From: Camelus dromedarius | Taxonomy: Eukaryota | DNA length: 64,000 nucleotides | Direction of reading: 5' to 3' | Assembly (NCBI RefSeq): GCF_036321535.1 | Contig: NC_087447.1 | Coordinates: forward strand, 41,790,001 to 41,854,000 | Shown: piece by piece, positions 40,576 to 52,429 of the stretch | How the letters are laid out: every line of letters starts with the position of its first letter | Position numbering within the stretch: position 1 is the first letter of the stretch | Made by a program: the position numbers and the translations under genes | Notes under the pieces: generated by a model | The model's input: only the letters and a program-made list of their open reading frames with translations | The model's database searches: none | What the model was told of the DNA's origin: nothing

Positions 40576-40959
40576 TTACTTAAAGGATTATGTAAATTCT
40601 TAACATACTACCCAAATGTATTTGTTATCATTATTGTCACAATTACTTCAGAAAATACACAACATATATTGCAGTTCTTTATTAAAAAGATGATTTATGG
40701 AAGAGATTAGAACTGCTAGTACTTGGGATAGAAATATACATTTCTGGGATTATTTGTATTATTTCATGGAAAAACCATCTAAAAGAATACATTTATTTGT
40801 TCACTGAAGCCAGGAATTTCTGTAACAATGATGAAGTCATCCATATCATAATCAATGGATTACAATCTGTAAAAATGTTAAATCACTATGCTGTACACCT
40901 GAACCTAATATAATATTGTTAATCAATTATACTTCAAGAAGAAATTTTTTTAAAAGTTT

Positions 40960-41462
40960 GTTTAAAATGATTAGAAATTAAAAGAAGGAATAGGAATCTT
41001 AGTGGAAAACTTGTGTAATATAAAAGAGGAACAACTAGATTTGAAAGAGATGCTTAGAAATGAAAAAATACAGTAATTGAAATAAAGGTTGTCAGTGATT
41101 TTCATTCAGTAAACTTTTGCATTCTTTTTCTATTTGCCATAATATATTTTTTACTATAGTGTTGTATAATCATTTGAAGAGAGAGTTTGAAGAGGGATTT
41201 GAGGATATCACCTAGAAAACAGCACTGATACATGAAAAATACATATATAGATAAAATATTAAGAAAATGGAAGAGAATGAGAGGGCCTAACTTAGAGCTA
41301 ATAAAAGTTTCAGAACCAGAGAATAGAGAGAATAAATAAGAGACAATATCTGAAAGGAAGATAAATGGTGTAAGTTTTCCAATATTAAGGAAAATCATGA
41401 GATTTTTAGATTGAAGAAACATACTGTGTTCCAAACAAGATGCATGAAAATAAATCCACACT
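40960..41462 (+). mobile_element. Ancient L1ME/HAL1-type ORF1 relic
   Basis: 'gagctaataaaagtttcagaaccagagaatagagagaat...ttttccaatattaaggaaaatcatga...aaataaatccacactta'. Confidence 0.55.
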
Positions 41463-41464
41463 TA

Positions 41465-41665
41465 GTAATAATATGTAACATTTACTAGCACTTATTTGTC
41501 AAGCATGTTCTAAATGCTTTACATATATTATCTTGTTGAATTCCTTAAGTAGCCTTTAGGGAAATTACTAATTTTATTTCCACTTTAAAATTGAGGAAAT
41601 TGAGCTCAGAGAAGTTAAAAACTTTACTTAATTCCACACAACTTATAAATGATGGAGTCAGTACT
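41465..41665 (-). mobile_element. MIR SINE
   Basis: 'aacatttactagcactta...ttctaaatgctttacatatattatc...ttgaggaaattgagctcagagaagttaa'. Confidence 0.85.
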
Positions 41666-43572
41666 GGGCAAATTCCCCTGAACATTGGTCAAGAAATAGT
41701 AGAAATAGTACACACTAATAATTTCAGAAATATAAAGGGCTCATGTTGAGATTTTAAGAAATTAAAATAGCAACTTTGAACAGATTTAGTCTAAAAATAG
41801 AAAAATTTTTAATAAAATTTAGAATTTCTAGTTTTCTAGAGAAAAATAAATTATGAAAGTTGACTAAAAGAAATAGAAAATCTCAAAAGAACTCTAAGCA
41901 TTAAAGAAATGGATTCAGGTTTTAAAAACTGCGTGTAAGAGAAACATCAGTCTCAGTAATTTCACTTGTGAATTTTACTAAAGTTTGTTAGTAAGTAACT
42001 GCTGTCTAATATGAAATGTTCCAGAAAGTGAAAAATTGAGTGATTTTTCTGAGTAGCACTTATCCCACCTCTAACTTATGTTTTACTGCCCTGCTAGAAA
42101 ATAATCATTATGAAGGCAAGGATTATGTCTTGCTTATTTGCCTACTGCATCTTCAGCATTTAGTGGAATACTTGTCACGTGGTAGACTCTCAGTAAATAT
42201 CTGACTGAAAAATATAGCAATGTTTTAATTGTTTTAAACACATTTAGAAATCTTTAATAATTGTATTCTATTTCCTTATTTGACATATAATTCTTACAGA
42301 GAAATATTAGATGAAACAAGTTTGTTTATGTTTTGATACTTTATTTATTCTCTGCAAACATTTATTTTATGAGTTTTAAATAAAAATACATAAGATTTTT
42401 AAAAAATGTACCATTTTAGATGTGTTAATATGAGGGGAAATCCTTTTATGATGTATACATATATCAAATCATCATGTTGTACACTTTAAATATCTTACAA
42501 TTCTATTTGTTAGTTATACCTCAATAAAGCTTGGGGTAAATGCCACCAAAAAATCTAATTACTTTAAGCATGTATATTCTTGTTAGAGAATGATTTCTGT
42601 CAGATAACAACTGTTCTTTGATGCTTTAAAAAGATAATTTGGTGGAGGAAAAGATGAAAAAATTCCTCTTTTCTGTTCTCCATCGTAAGTACACAATTTG
42701 AATACATTTTTTTTCTATTTATTCTTCATCCTGTTTTCAATATAGTTTTTGTCTTAATAGAAACATTCTCTTATATTCTTTTTCTCTTACATACCATATT
42801 ATTTAAAGAGCTGTGTCAGATTAAAATGATTTTGCTTTCCTTCATCTCACTTCTTCTGTTTATTCTTTTTGCCTGTGTGTTCTGCTTCTTGAATCCTACA
42901 AAGTTTATTTTCTCCTAAGATGTTTGCTAATGGACATACTGGAGATTGCATTTATCTTTGTCTCATTATAAGTGCCAGATTTGCTATCAGATTTTCTGTT
43001 TTTCTTTCATGAGTCGAAATAAAAGGTTCAATCTTACCATGTATGGAATGTGACATTTTAGTTCATGGCTAGTGTCATTCATATTTCATTCCCTGAAATC
43101 AGAGATTTTTCAACTTTCTAGATTCAGAGTACTTTTATGTCATTCAAATTCAAATAAGTTTAAATAAAACTACTAATTTCTTCTTAAATGAATAGGAGGC
43201 TTGATCGATCTTCTTTTTAATAGTGAAAAGAAAACATCTGTTTTCTTAAGAGCACTTAAGCTAAATTTTTGTTCTTAATTTATTTGTATTTAAAATCCAA
43301 CCACAATTACTTATTTCCAGAGAGGAATTCTTAGTTAAGCGAAGAGTTATTGGCATAACACCAGAATTGTGCACTGAATAAATATGTGTGGGTGTAAAAT
43401 GATCTGTTTGTGGTACTTTAGAGTATTAGAAAAGAAACACTGTTTCTCTGATTTGAGTTATTATACAGTTTTACTGAAGCTCATAGCATGTGTTCTTATC
43501 TCCTACTTCATGCTTATTTCTGATGCGTGTAAGAAGTCATCCCCATCACTCAGGTTAAAAAGAAGTTATTTA

Positions 43573-44895
43573 GAGAGAGATGCAAGATGGTGGAGTAGAA
43601 AGACGCTTGTAGCTCACCCTCTCCCACAAATACACCAAAACTCACATCTACGGACTTACTCAGCCAACCAGAGCACCTGCCAAACTCCAACAGAGCATTG
43701 CCCTCTTCGAAAGACAAAGACACCAAAAATCTGGCAGTAGAAAAGGAAGAAAAGAAAGAAGAAAAAGCAAAACAGTGCAGGACCGATCCCGCAGGGAGTG
43801 GCAAAGGAGGGTTGGCGCTCATTCACTAGGTCTCCCCTCTCCAACGGAGAGGCCAGCAGGACGGAGGGGGAGCCTCCGAGGCTCAGATCTGTCCCGAGCA
43901 CCCTTGACCAACAGAACTGAGTTAAACGGGCACAAAGGGTCCCCGCGACACCCAGCCCGAGACGCGAGCCGGCAGCTGGGGCCAGGACAGACTGCCTGAG
44001 CCGGGTGGAGGACTGGGGCGGCTACACTGATGCAGCCCCAGGGGACTGCAGGGGGCTGTGCGCCATGGCTGGGAGATGATATGGAGCAGAACAACCTCGG
44101 TCCCTGATAAATATCGAAAAAAGCAAAGCAACACGGCTGGTGTGCCCTGGGGGGAGGGGGTGCTGTAGCCTTTGTCTCCTCAGACCTAGACCGCCATTAC
44201 TGGCGCTTCTTGGGAGAAGAGAGGCGGGGCGCAGCCACAGCCGCCATCTCCTCCTGTGCGCAGCGCCAGGGTGGGGGCGGAGCTGAGCCCTGAATCCGCA
44301 TCTTGGGGCTCTGTAACCTCCTAGGCAGGACTGAGACTTCTTTACAGCCCAAGGCAGATAGGATCTTTCTGCCCTGGCACCTCAGAGAACTTGTGCTGCC
44401 AAGACAAACAAGGAGCTGAGATTCAGCTTGGAGAAGGGGCAGGGCTGTTCTGTGGTATTCCCTGAGCCTGCCTTCGGAGCGCTGACCAGAGGCAGAGCGG
44501 GCAGCTGCACAGAGCAGCAGAGCGACTGGTGTCAGGAGAGGGTGGGCGGCCACTCCCCTTCCTGGCAAGAACGCAGCACCTGACCTCTGTGCTGGGAGGG
44601 GGCGCAGTCCACCTACCTGCCTCCCACTGAGCGCAGCATGTGACTGCGGCATCTGGAGGGGGAGTGACCCGCCCGCCCACCAGGTTAAGAGCTCAGCTCC
44701 TGACCCAGTGTTAGGAGGGGGCACGATCTGCTAGCGAACAGCCACTGGGTGCCAACAGAGGGCCTCTGGAAACAGCAAGCTGAGTATGTGAAATAGGGTG
44801 AAGACACAAAGACCTCTCGATAAAATCATTAAGAGCACACCATCTCCAGGAGAACAATATAACTGATACTCCCTAAGCCACAGTGCCAGAGAAAA
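43573..44895 (+). promoter_or_regulatory. L1 5'UTR internal promoter, GC/CpG-rich
   Basis: YY1-like 'caagatggtgg' near the 5' end; the most CpG-retaining, GC-rich stretch of the window. Confidence 0.7.
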
Positions 44896-45790
44896 ATGAG
44901 CAGTATGAAGAAGCAGAGGAACCACTCCCAATTAAAAAATCAAGAGAAATCCCTTGAAAGTGTGATCAAGGAAATAGACATTGATGGCATACTAGGTCAA
45001 GATTTAAAAAAAGAACTGATCAAAGTACTGAAGGAACTAAAAGAAATAGTGTTTAGAGATATAAAATATGTAAAAAATGAAATAGAAGCTATAAAGAAGA
45101 ACCAAGTAGAATTAGTAAACTCATGTGCTGAGATGAGAGCTGACCTGCAGGCTGTACAAAGCAGGCCAGATAATGCAGAGAAACGAGTAAGTGACCTAGA
45201 AGACAGGACAACAGAAAGCACCCAATCAGAACAGCTGAGAGAAAAACAAACAATGAAAACAATATAAGGGACCTATGGGATAATATAAAATGTAGATATA
45301 AAAAATCTATGCATAATAGGGGTTCCAGAAGGGGAAGAAAGAACAAAGGGGATTGAAAAGGTATTTGAAGAAATCATGACTGAAAACTTACCAAACCTAA
45401 AGAAAGAATCAGTTATCCAAGTACAGGAGGCTCAGAGGGTCCCAAACAGGAAGAACCCAAACAGACCCACACCAAGACATATCATAATCAAGATGGCCAG
45501 AGTCAAGGACAAAGAAATGATCCTAAAGGCACTAAGAGAAAAACAAATAGTTACAAGGGAACTCCCATAAGGCTCTCAGCTGATTTCTCTACACAAACAC
45601 TACAAGCCAGAAGGGAGTGGCAAGACGTATTCAAAGTCCTGAATGAAAAAAAAAGTGCAGCCTAGGATACTCTATCCAGCAAGGCTATCCTTTAGAATAG
45701 AAGGAGAGATAACCTCACAGACAAGCAAAACTAAAAGAGTTTAGCCACACTAAACCCATGCTAAAAGAAATATTCACAGGTCTACTCTAA
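44896..45790 (+). pseudogene. L1 ORF1, frameshifted
   Basis: ORF 44896-45267 (MSSMKKQRNHSQLK..., coiled-coil-like) and 45376-45570 (ENLPNL...QVQEAQRVP...PTPRHIIIKM); C-terminal 'QPRILYPARLSFRIEGEI'; terminal TAA 45788-45790. Confidence 0.9.
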
Positions 45791-48700
45791 ATAGAAAAGA
45801 AGCAGGATGCTACAAAAATGAGAAACTTATAACTGGAAAGGAGATAACTGCCATGAATTAATAAAAAGAATAAACACAAAATTGTAAAAGAAGACATCTA
45901 AATCATTAAGAGTGGGAGAGGGAAGTAAAGAAAGCCACAGTGGAAAACAGCATGGAGAGTCCTCAAAAGACTAGGAATAGACTTACCATAGGACCCAGGA
46001 ATCCCACTCCTGGGCATATATCCAGAAGGAACCCTACTTCAAAATGACACCTGCACCCCAATGTTCATAGCAGCACTATTTACAATAGCCAAGACATGGA
46101 AGCAGTCTAGATGTCCATCAACAGATGACTAGAAAAAGAAGATGTGGTATATTTATACAATGAAATACTATTCAGCCATAAAAACCGACAACATAACGCC
46201 ATTTGCAGCAACGTGGATGTTCCTGGAGAATGTCATTCTAAGTGAAGTAAGCCAGAAAGAGAAAGAAAAACACCGTATCAGATCGGTTATATGAGGAATC
46301 TAAAAAAACAAACAAACAAGACAGAAACAGACTCACAGACGTAGAATACAAACTAGTGGTTGCCAAATGGGTGGGGGGTGGGAAGGGACAGACGGGGATT
46401 TTAAAATGCAGAATAGATAAACAAGATTATACTGTATAGCACAGGGAAAAATATACAAGATCTTGTGGTAGCTCATAGCGAAAAAAAATGTGACAATGAA
46501 TATATACATGTTCATGTATGACTGAAAAATTGTGCTCTACACTGGAATTTGACACAACATTGTAAAATAACTATTACTCAATTAAAAAATGTAAAAATAA
46601 AATAAATAAATAAATAAGGTGAACATCAAAAAAAATAAGTTATTTATATAATATTTCCTACCTGGAGAATTTTCTCCTTTTAGTTGAGAATTTTAATTCT
46701 TGGAATATGAATAAAGTACTCCTCTGAAATTATTGAAAATTATATTATTTTAAAATTAAAATGGGTTGGTAAAGTTAAAATACTCATTTTATGTAGCATG
46801 TCATAATTTAGACATTTTATTAAATCACTGAAGACATAAGGACAAAAATTGTCAGTTTAATGTGTTTGTGTATGTGTTTATATTTTTGTAATGTGCATTG
46901 ACGCTTGATTAGTTGCTATTTCTCAGTGCATTAAGTAATTTTCGTATAAAATAACCACTAATGTTACACTCACTTACAACTGTCATAACTAATTATCATG
47001 TGTGTACATTCTTTTCCTGGATAAAATTAAACATTTCAACAAGATCACTCACTTTCCTGCTTATACTTTAAAAAAATACTTAAATAGGAACTTTAAGTAT
47101 TTAAAAGCATCTCTGGTGGAGGGCAAAGGAAATGTATGTGCTAGAGAAACCATTTTTATTTCTAGTTAGTTGAGGTCTTAATATAATGGAGGTTGGTTTT
47201 TGTGACATTAAATTTCTTGATTCTTCAACTTATGTCATTGGTATTATAAAATGATTTAAAAATTTGAAACCATGCAGTTAGATTCAGGTATATGACTAAT
47301 TTTATTAAAGTTTTACTGTGATTCATTTATTTCTGAGTAGAAGTTTATCTCAGATGTTGAAATCTTGACATTCTAATAAAATTATAGGTGTATTTTTCCC
47401 TTTAATTTCTATATAATATCAAAACAAAATTGTTTAAAACAATTTATGTCATAATTAATATGGCTACTGAAATCTGAGAAAAATGGTGGATTATAAATGT
47501 TAAATTGATTGAGTTACGAGCTACTTTTAATGTTCGTTGATGATGTAGCAACTATATATGTAGTTTGGTTAATTTAGTAGTAATTTAATAAATGACTGCT
47601 TTAGAGTAGTACAAGACTCAAGACTCGTAAGCTTTCTATTTTGCTATCTCTGTTTTTAGTGTAATTTTAAGTGGCCTCCAATAAATGCAGTGAAGAAATG
47701 TTTTATTTTTCAAACATATAAAATACATCTGGAAGAATAAATTCACATCTGGTTCATGGATTTCCTCCATGGAGATAATCCAAATTCAGTGTCAAGATTA
47801 GAGTTTGTACTCATGGGTTTACAGAATCTTGTGCGGAATTTGAAATATTTTGTTTGGAAGTAGTTGGGAAAACAATTGATTCAGATGTTTGTGTTAAGTT
47901 CTAATTTTAGATATATTTCTCCCTCATTAAAAATAAAAATGTTTTGTACTTCATAATATAATCAAGGTGCTTGTAAACACTGTATTTAAGAAGATATTTT
48001 GTATAACAATTCTCAAACATTTTATGAAAGTTTAATGAAAGAGAATTAGAATTTTAAACTTAATCAGGTCATAATCACTGGTGACCCTTACCAAGTAGAA
48101 ATGTTCTTCTTGTACATAGTATTGTATAGTCTAACCTATACTGTCACACTTCACTGAGTCCGTTTAGAAGCAACGACAGTCATTTCTTTTAAATTGTTGT
48201 ATTTTAAACTCTGCCCAAATGAAATGTATGTGTTTGGAATAAAATGGTATATGTACTCAGTTCCCCCTCAGTCTCACAATGGCTAACAAATGTATTTGTG
48301 TCTGAATGGAGTCCCTAGAGTAGCATAAAGTAGAAGCATTTATGGGCTAAATCCAAGAAGCATGTGAACTAAAAATAATATTGTCAAACTTTTATGAATT
48401 ATTTGTGTTATGCATTGAGACTGCCAAACCAAGCTGCTAGTCATGTGAACTAAGCATGATACACTGAGGCAAATGGGTGTTGCTCATTAAGGAGGATGTT
48501 TGGTTTTTTTCAAGGATTACTTTTTCATCCCTTAACATGTGTGATATTTTTCACATAACATAGTAAAATTTATTTGTACATAAATCTATAGCTATTTATT
48601 TTTCTGTATTTTTTAAACTTTGAACTTTTTATGGAATAGAAAAATATATTTTGCATATGTGTCTAATGTAATGGTTTCTGAACAATATAGCAAGAATTTT

Positions 48701-49424
48701 TGTGTTTCTGTGGATTGTCCAGTGCATTACTAAATTGTAGGTATTATAAGAGTTTAGAAAGGGGCCAGTCCTTTAGAATTCCTTCTTTCCTCTTTTACTG
48801 CCCCTTTTAACCTTTGGTCCCACTTTAGTCATTAGCATATAAAATTTTATTCTTAGAAAATAAGAGTGAAGATGAAACATTAATTGTTTTGATCATGTTT
48901 ATACTAGTGTTACTGTTAGAAAATCTGGCTTGCTGTACTGGTACAAATAGCTACCTTAAAAAATTATCTATTACCATTTGCTTTTGCAGCCTTCTTTGAT
49001 ATTCTGTGCTCCCTACTTTTTGTTTGGGTCTCTGAATACCGCTTTATGGTTACTACAGGTAACACTGAATGAATGCTTCATTGATACAGTGATTCTTTTC
49101 AAGTATTACTAATTCACTGATACATTAACTGTTTATAGCCTTTAAAAGTGTTTTTCTTGAGGGCCTTCATAGCAGACAGTGTTCAGGGCACTGATTTTAA
49201 GCTGTCTGATATAACCCTTCTTCCCATTTAAGTAATGGAACTCTTTCCTTAGCTTCTGTCATTCATAATTTACAGCTCAGTTTGTTCTGCTATTCTTTCT
49301 CAATTCCATATCCTTTCCTAATCTTTCCCCCTTTATCTTATTTTGAATTTGTGGTCACTTACTTTGTTCAGTACCATATGATGGTTGTATTTTGAGACTC
49401 AGATGTGAGAAATGAAGGTGTTTT

Positions 49425-49802
49425 AATTACAGAAGGTACACTTTAATAACTTTTAACATACGCATATATCCATGAAGCCACTACCACAAGCATAATAATG
49501 AGCATATCCATTACCTCAAAAGTTTTTCCATGCCTCTTTTGAATCCTTTTTTCTCTTTGCTCCCCATTCCCAGACAACCATTGATTTGCTTTCTGTCACT
49601 GTAGTGGGTTGAATGGTGGGTTCCCAAAAGATAAAGCTGCTTGGAACCTGTGAATGTGACCTCATTTTCTAGAATTTTATGTAAATAGAGTCATACTGGT
49701 ATGTATACTTTTTTATCTTGATTCTTCCACGCAGCATTCTTATTTTGATATTCATCTTTGTTGCATATATTAATAGTTCACTTTTTATTGCTGAGTAGTA
49801 GT

Positions 49803-49840
<38 letters not shown>

Positions 49841-50560
49841 ATTGGTTGATCCATTTACTTGTTGATGAACATTTGGTTATTTCCAAATTTTTGCTTTTGT
49901 AAGTAAAGTTGCTATGAACATTTGTGTCAAGTCTTTGTGTGGATATATGATTTCATTTCTTCTAAATAAATTCCTACAAGTTGAATACTGGATAGATTTA
50001 ACTACGTATGTGTATGTATTTAACTTCTTAAAGAAACTGCCAATGTGTTTTTTGAAAACATTTTTCTCTAATAGTATATGAGAATTCAAGTACCCCCACA
50101 TCTTGGCCTATTCTTGGTAGGGTCAGTCTTTTAAATTTTAGCCATTGTACTGTGTATAGTGGCATCTCATTCTGGTTTTAATTTTCGTTTCCCTAATGAC
50201 TTATACTATTGAGCAATTTTTCATGTGCTCATTTTCCATCTGTATGTCTTATTTGCTGAAGTATGTGTTCAAATCCTTGGCCCATTTTTAAAATTGGGGT
50301 TTCTGTTTTCTTAAAGAGTTTAGAGATTTATTATTTTTTTTAACCTATCTGGATACAAGTCCTTCACTGATAGATGATTTGTAAATATTTTTCTTCCAAT
50401 CTGTGTCTTGTCTTTTCATTTTTTTATACATATCTGTCAAAGAACAGGAATATTTAATTTTAATGAAGTCTAATTTTATCAATTTTTAAATTATTATTTT
50501 AATTTAAAATTTAAAAATTAATTTTAATGTGTTTTTTGGTATGTGTTGTATCTCAGAGAT
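49425..50560 (-). mobile_element. Old L1 3' end, antisense
   Basis: 'ttttattgctgagtagtagtctatt...aaagttgctatgaacatttgtgt...ctggatacaagtcctt'; contains (AC)n at about 49810-49837. Confidence 0.85.
49600..49667 (+). mobile_element. MLT1-type LTR 5' stub inside L1
   Basis: 'tgtagtgggttgaatggtgggttcccaaaagata...ggaacctgtgaatgtgacctcattt' resembles the MLT1B/C/D start. Confidence 0.7.
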
Positions 50561-50589
50561 GGGTGTCTTCCTGTGTTTTCCTTAAATTT

Positions 50590-52065
50590 TTATTTAAGTG
50601 AGTTTATTGAGGTATAATTTACATATAATAAACTACACATATTTGAAAATTTTTGACATACATTAACACCCATGAAACCACGATAGTGAAGATAATGTAT
50701 TATTCATCACTCATAATAATTTCCTATTGCCTCTTGATAATGTCTCCCTCCTATGCTTCCCCAAACATCTCCCTCTGCCAGACATTCATTTATCTCCTTT
50801 CTGTCACTATGGATTAAATTGCAGTTTCTAGAGTTTTATATAAATTGGAATCATGTACTATGTATTCTCTTTTGTTTGGCTTATTTTAATCAGCATAATT
50901 ATTTTGAGATTCATCCATGTTTTATCATGTATCTGTACTTCATTCTTTTTTTTTTTTTTTGAGTAATATTACATTGTATAGATAAACTGCAATTTGTTTT
51001 ACCTGGTGGTGGATCTTTGGGTTGTTTCCAGTTTGGGGCTATTACAAATAAAAAGCTGCTAAGAACATTTATATATTCTTTGGACATATGCTTTCTTTTC
51101 TTTTGGGTAAAAATCCAGTAGTGGAATGACTGGATCAGATGGTAGGTGTATGTTTAACTTTCATAAGAAACATCTAAAGTTTTTTTCCAAAGTGGTTATA
51201 CCATTTTACATTTTCACTGTCATTGTACATGAACATCCTTCACATCCTCATCAACACTTAGTATGGCCGGTCTTTTTAATTTTAGCTATCCTAATAGATA
51301 AGTCATAGTGTCTCATGATTTTAATTTGAATTTCTTTAATGACTAATGATATTGAACATATTTTCATGTTGTTATTTGCCACCTGGATATCTTCTTTGGT
51401 CAACTGTCTATTGAAATCTTTTGTACTTTCTAATTGGGTTGTTTTCCTTTTTTAGAGTTTTGAGTTGTCTTACATTATGCATAAACATCTTTTATCATAT
51501 ATGGTTTGTAAATTTCTTTTCAAGGCTGTGGCTTGTATCTTACTTGTTGTAACACTAGGTTTTTCTTTGGAAGAGTAGAAGCTTTAAATTTTGATAATGT
51601 CTATTTCATATTTTGTTTTCTTTTATGGATTGTCATTTTGTCCTCATATCTAAGAAGAAATCATTTCCTAATCCAAAGTGGTCACTAAAAATTTTCTTCT
51701 ATGCTTTCTTCTGAGAATTTTTAATTTTTAGATAATTTACAAGGTCTGTGACCCATTTCCAGTTGATTTTTGCATATGGTACAAGGTATGGATCGAAGTT
51801 CACTTTTTTGCCTGTGGAAATTCATGTGTTCCAGACTGTTTAAAAGACTATCCTTGCTCCAGTGAATTTGCCTTTGTACTTTGTCAGAAGTCAGTTGTTA
51901 ATGTGTGGATCTGTGTCTGCATTCTCTATTTTGTTCCATGATCTATTTGTCTGTCTTGATGCCAGTAGTACTATTTTGAATACTGTATCTTTATAATGGG
52001 TCTTGAAATCTGAACTTTACCCCCTTTTTTTTTCAGGGTGGTTTTGGCTGTTCTAAGTCCTTTGC
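50590..52065 (-). mobile_element. Old L1 3'UTR and ORF2 end, antisense
   Basis: 'tttattgaggtataatttacata...ttgggttgtttccagtttggggctattacaaataaa...aagactatcctt...ggctgttctaagtcctttgcatttc'. Confidence 0.85.
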
Positions 52066-52429
52066 ATTTCTATATAAACTTATGAGCAGTGTGATGATTC
52101 TTCATGAAGGGACTGAAAGATGGTGATATGAATTCCTTGAATAAAGTATTTCTATAATCATGTTTTGGTGGCTCATTACCAAGATGCCAAAAGTTGCTGA
52201 ATTCTAGTAAAGTTGTTTGGAAATTTCCCATATTTGTGCCTTTAGCTATGCTGTTTTCATTATCCTTCTCTCCTAAGACTATCTTTCTTAGGCCAAACTC
52301 AAATTTGACTACTCATACCAATTCTGGGATGCAGTGTTTTCTTTTTTCCCTTTGAACACCTATAGCATTTACTTATTTCCAGTTATTCATGAAATCTCTC
52401 AGTTAGTAGAAGAGAAGGAAATAGTTACC

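Larger units (their letters stand above)
43573..46630 (+). mobile_element. Young L1 derivative lacking most of ORF2 (5'UTR + ORF1 + 3' tail; half-L1-like)
   Basis: TSD aaaaagaagttattta (43557-43572) and aaaaataagttattta (46631-46646); the ORF1 relic is followed about 140 bp later by ORF2 C-terminal sequence. Confidence 0.92.

Noticed and set aside
43775..44724. GC-rich ORFs (e.g. 175 aa at 44197-44724, minus strand) and CpG-island-like composition suggesting a gene promoter or first exon
   Set aside because: Lies wholly within the L1 5'UTR; long stop-free frames are expected in GC-rich DNA and the peptides resemble no protein I recognise.
46880..47010. Possible H/ACA snoRNA (tgcattga...tcagtgca stem, ANANNA-like motif, terminal ACA)
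   Set aside because: First hairpin is too short, second stem is weak, and the motifs are frequent in AT-rich DNA; no family recognised.
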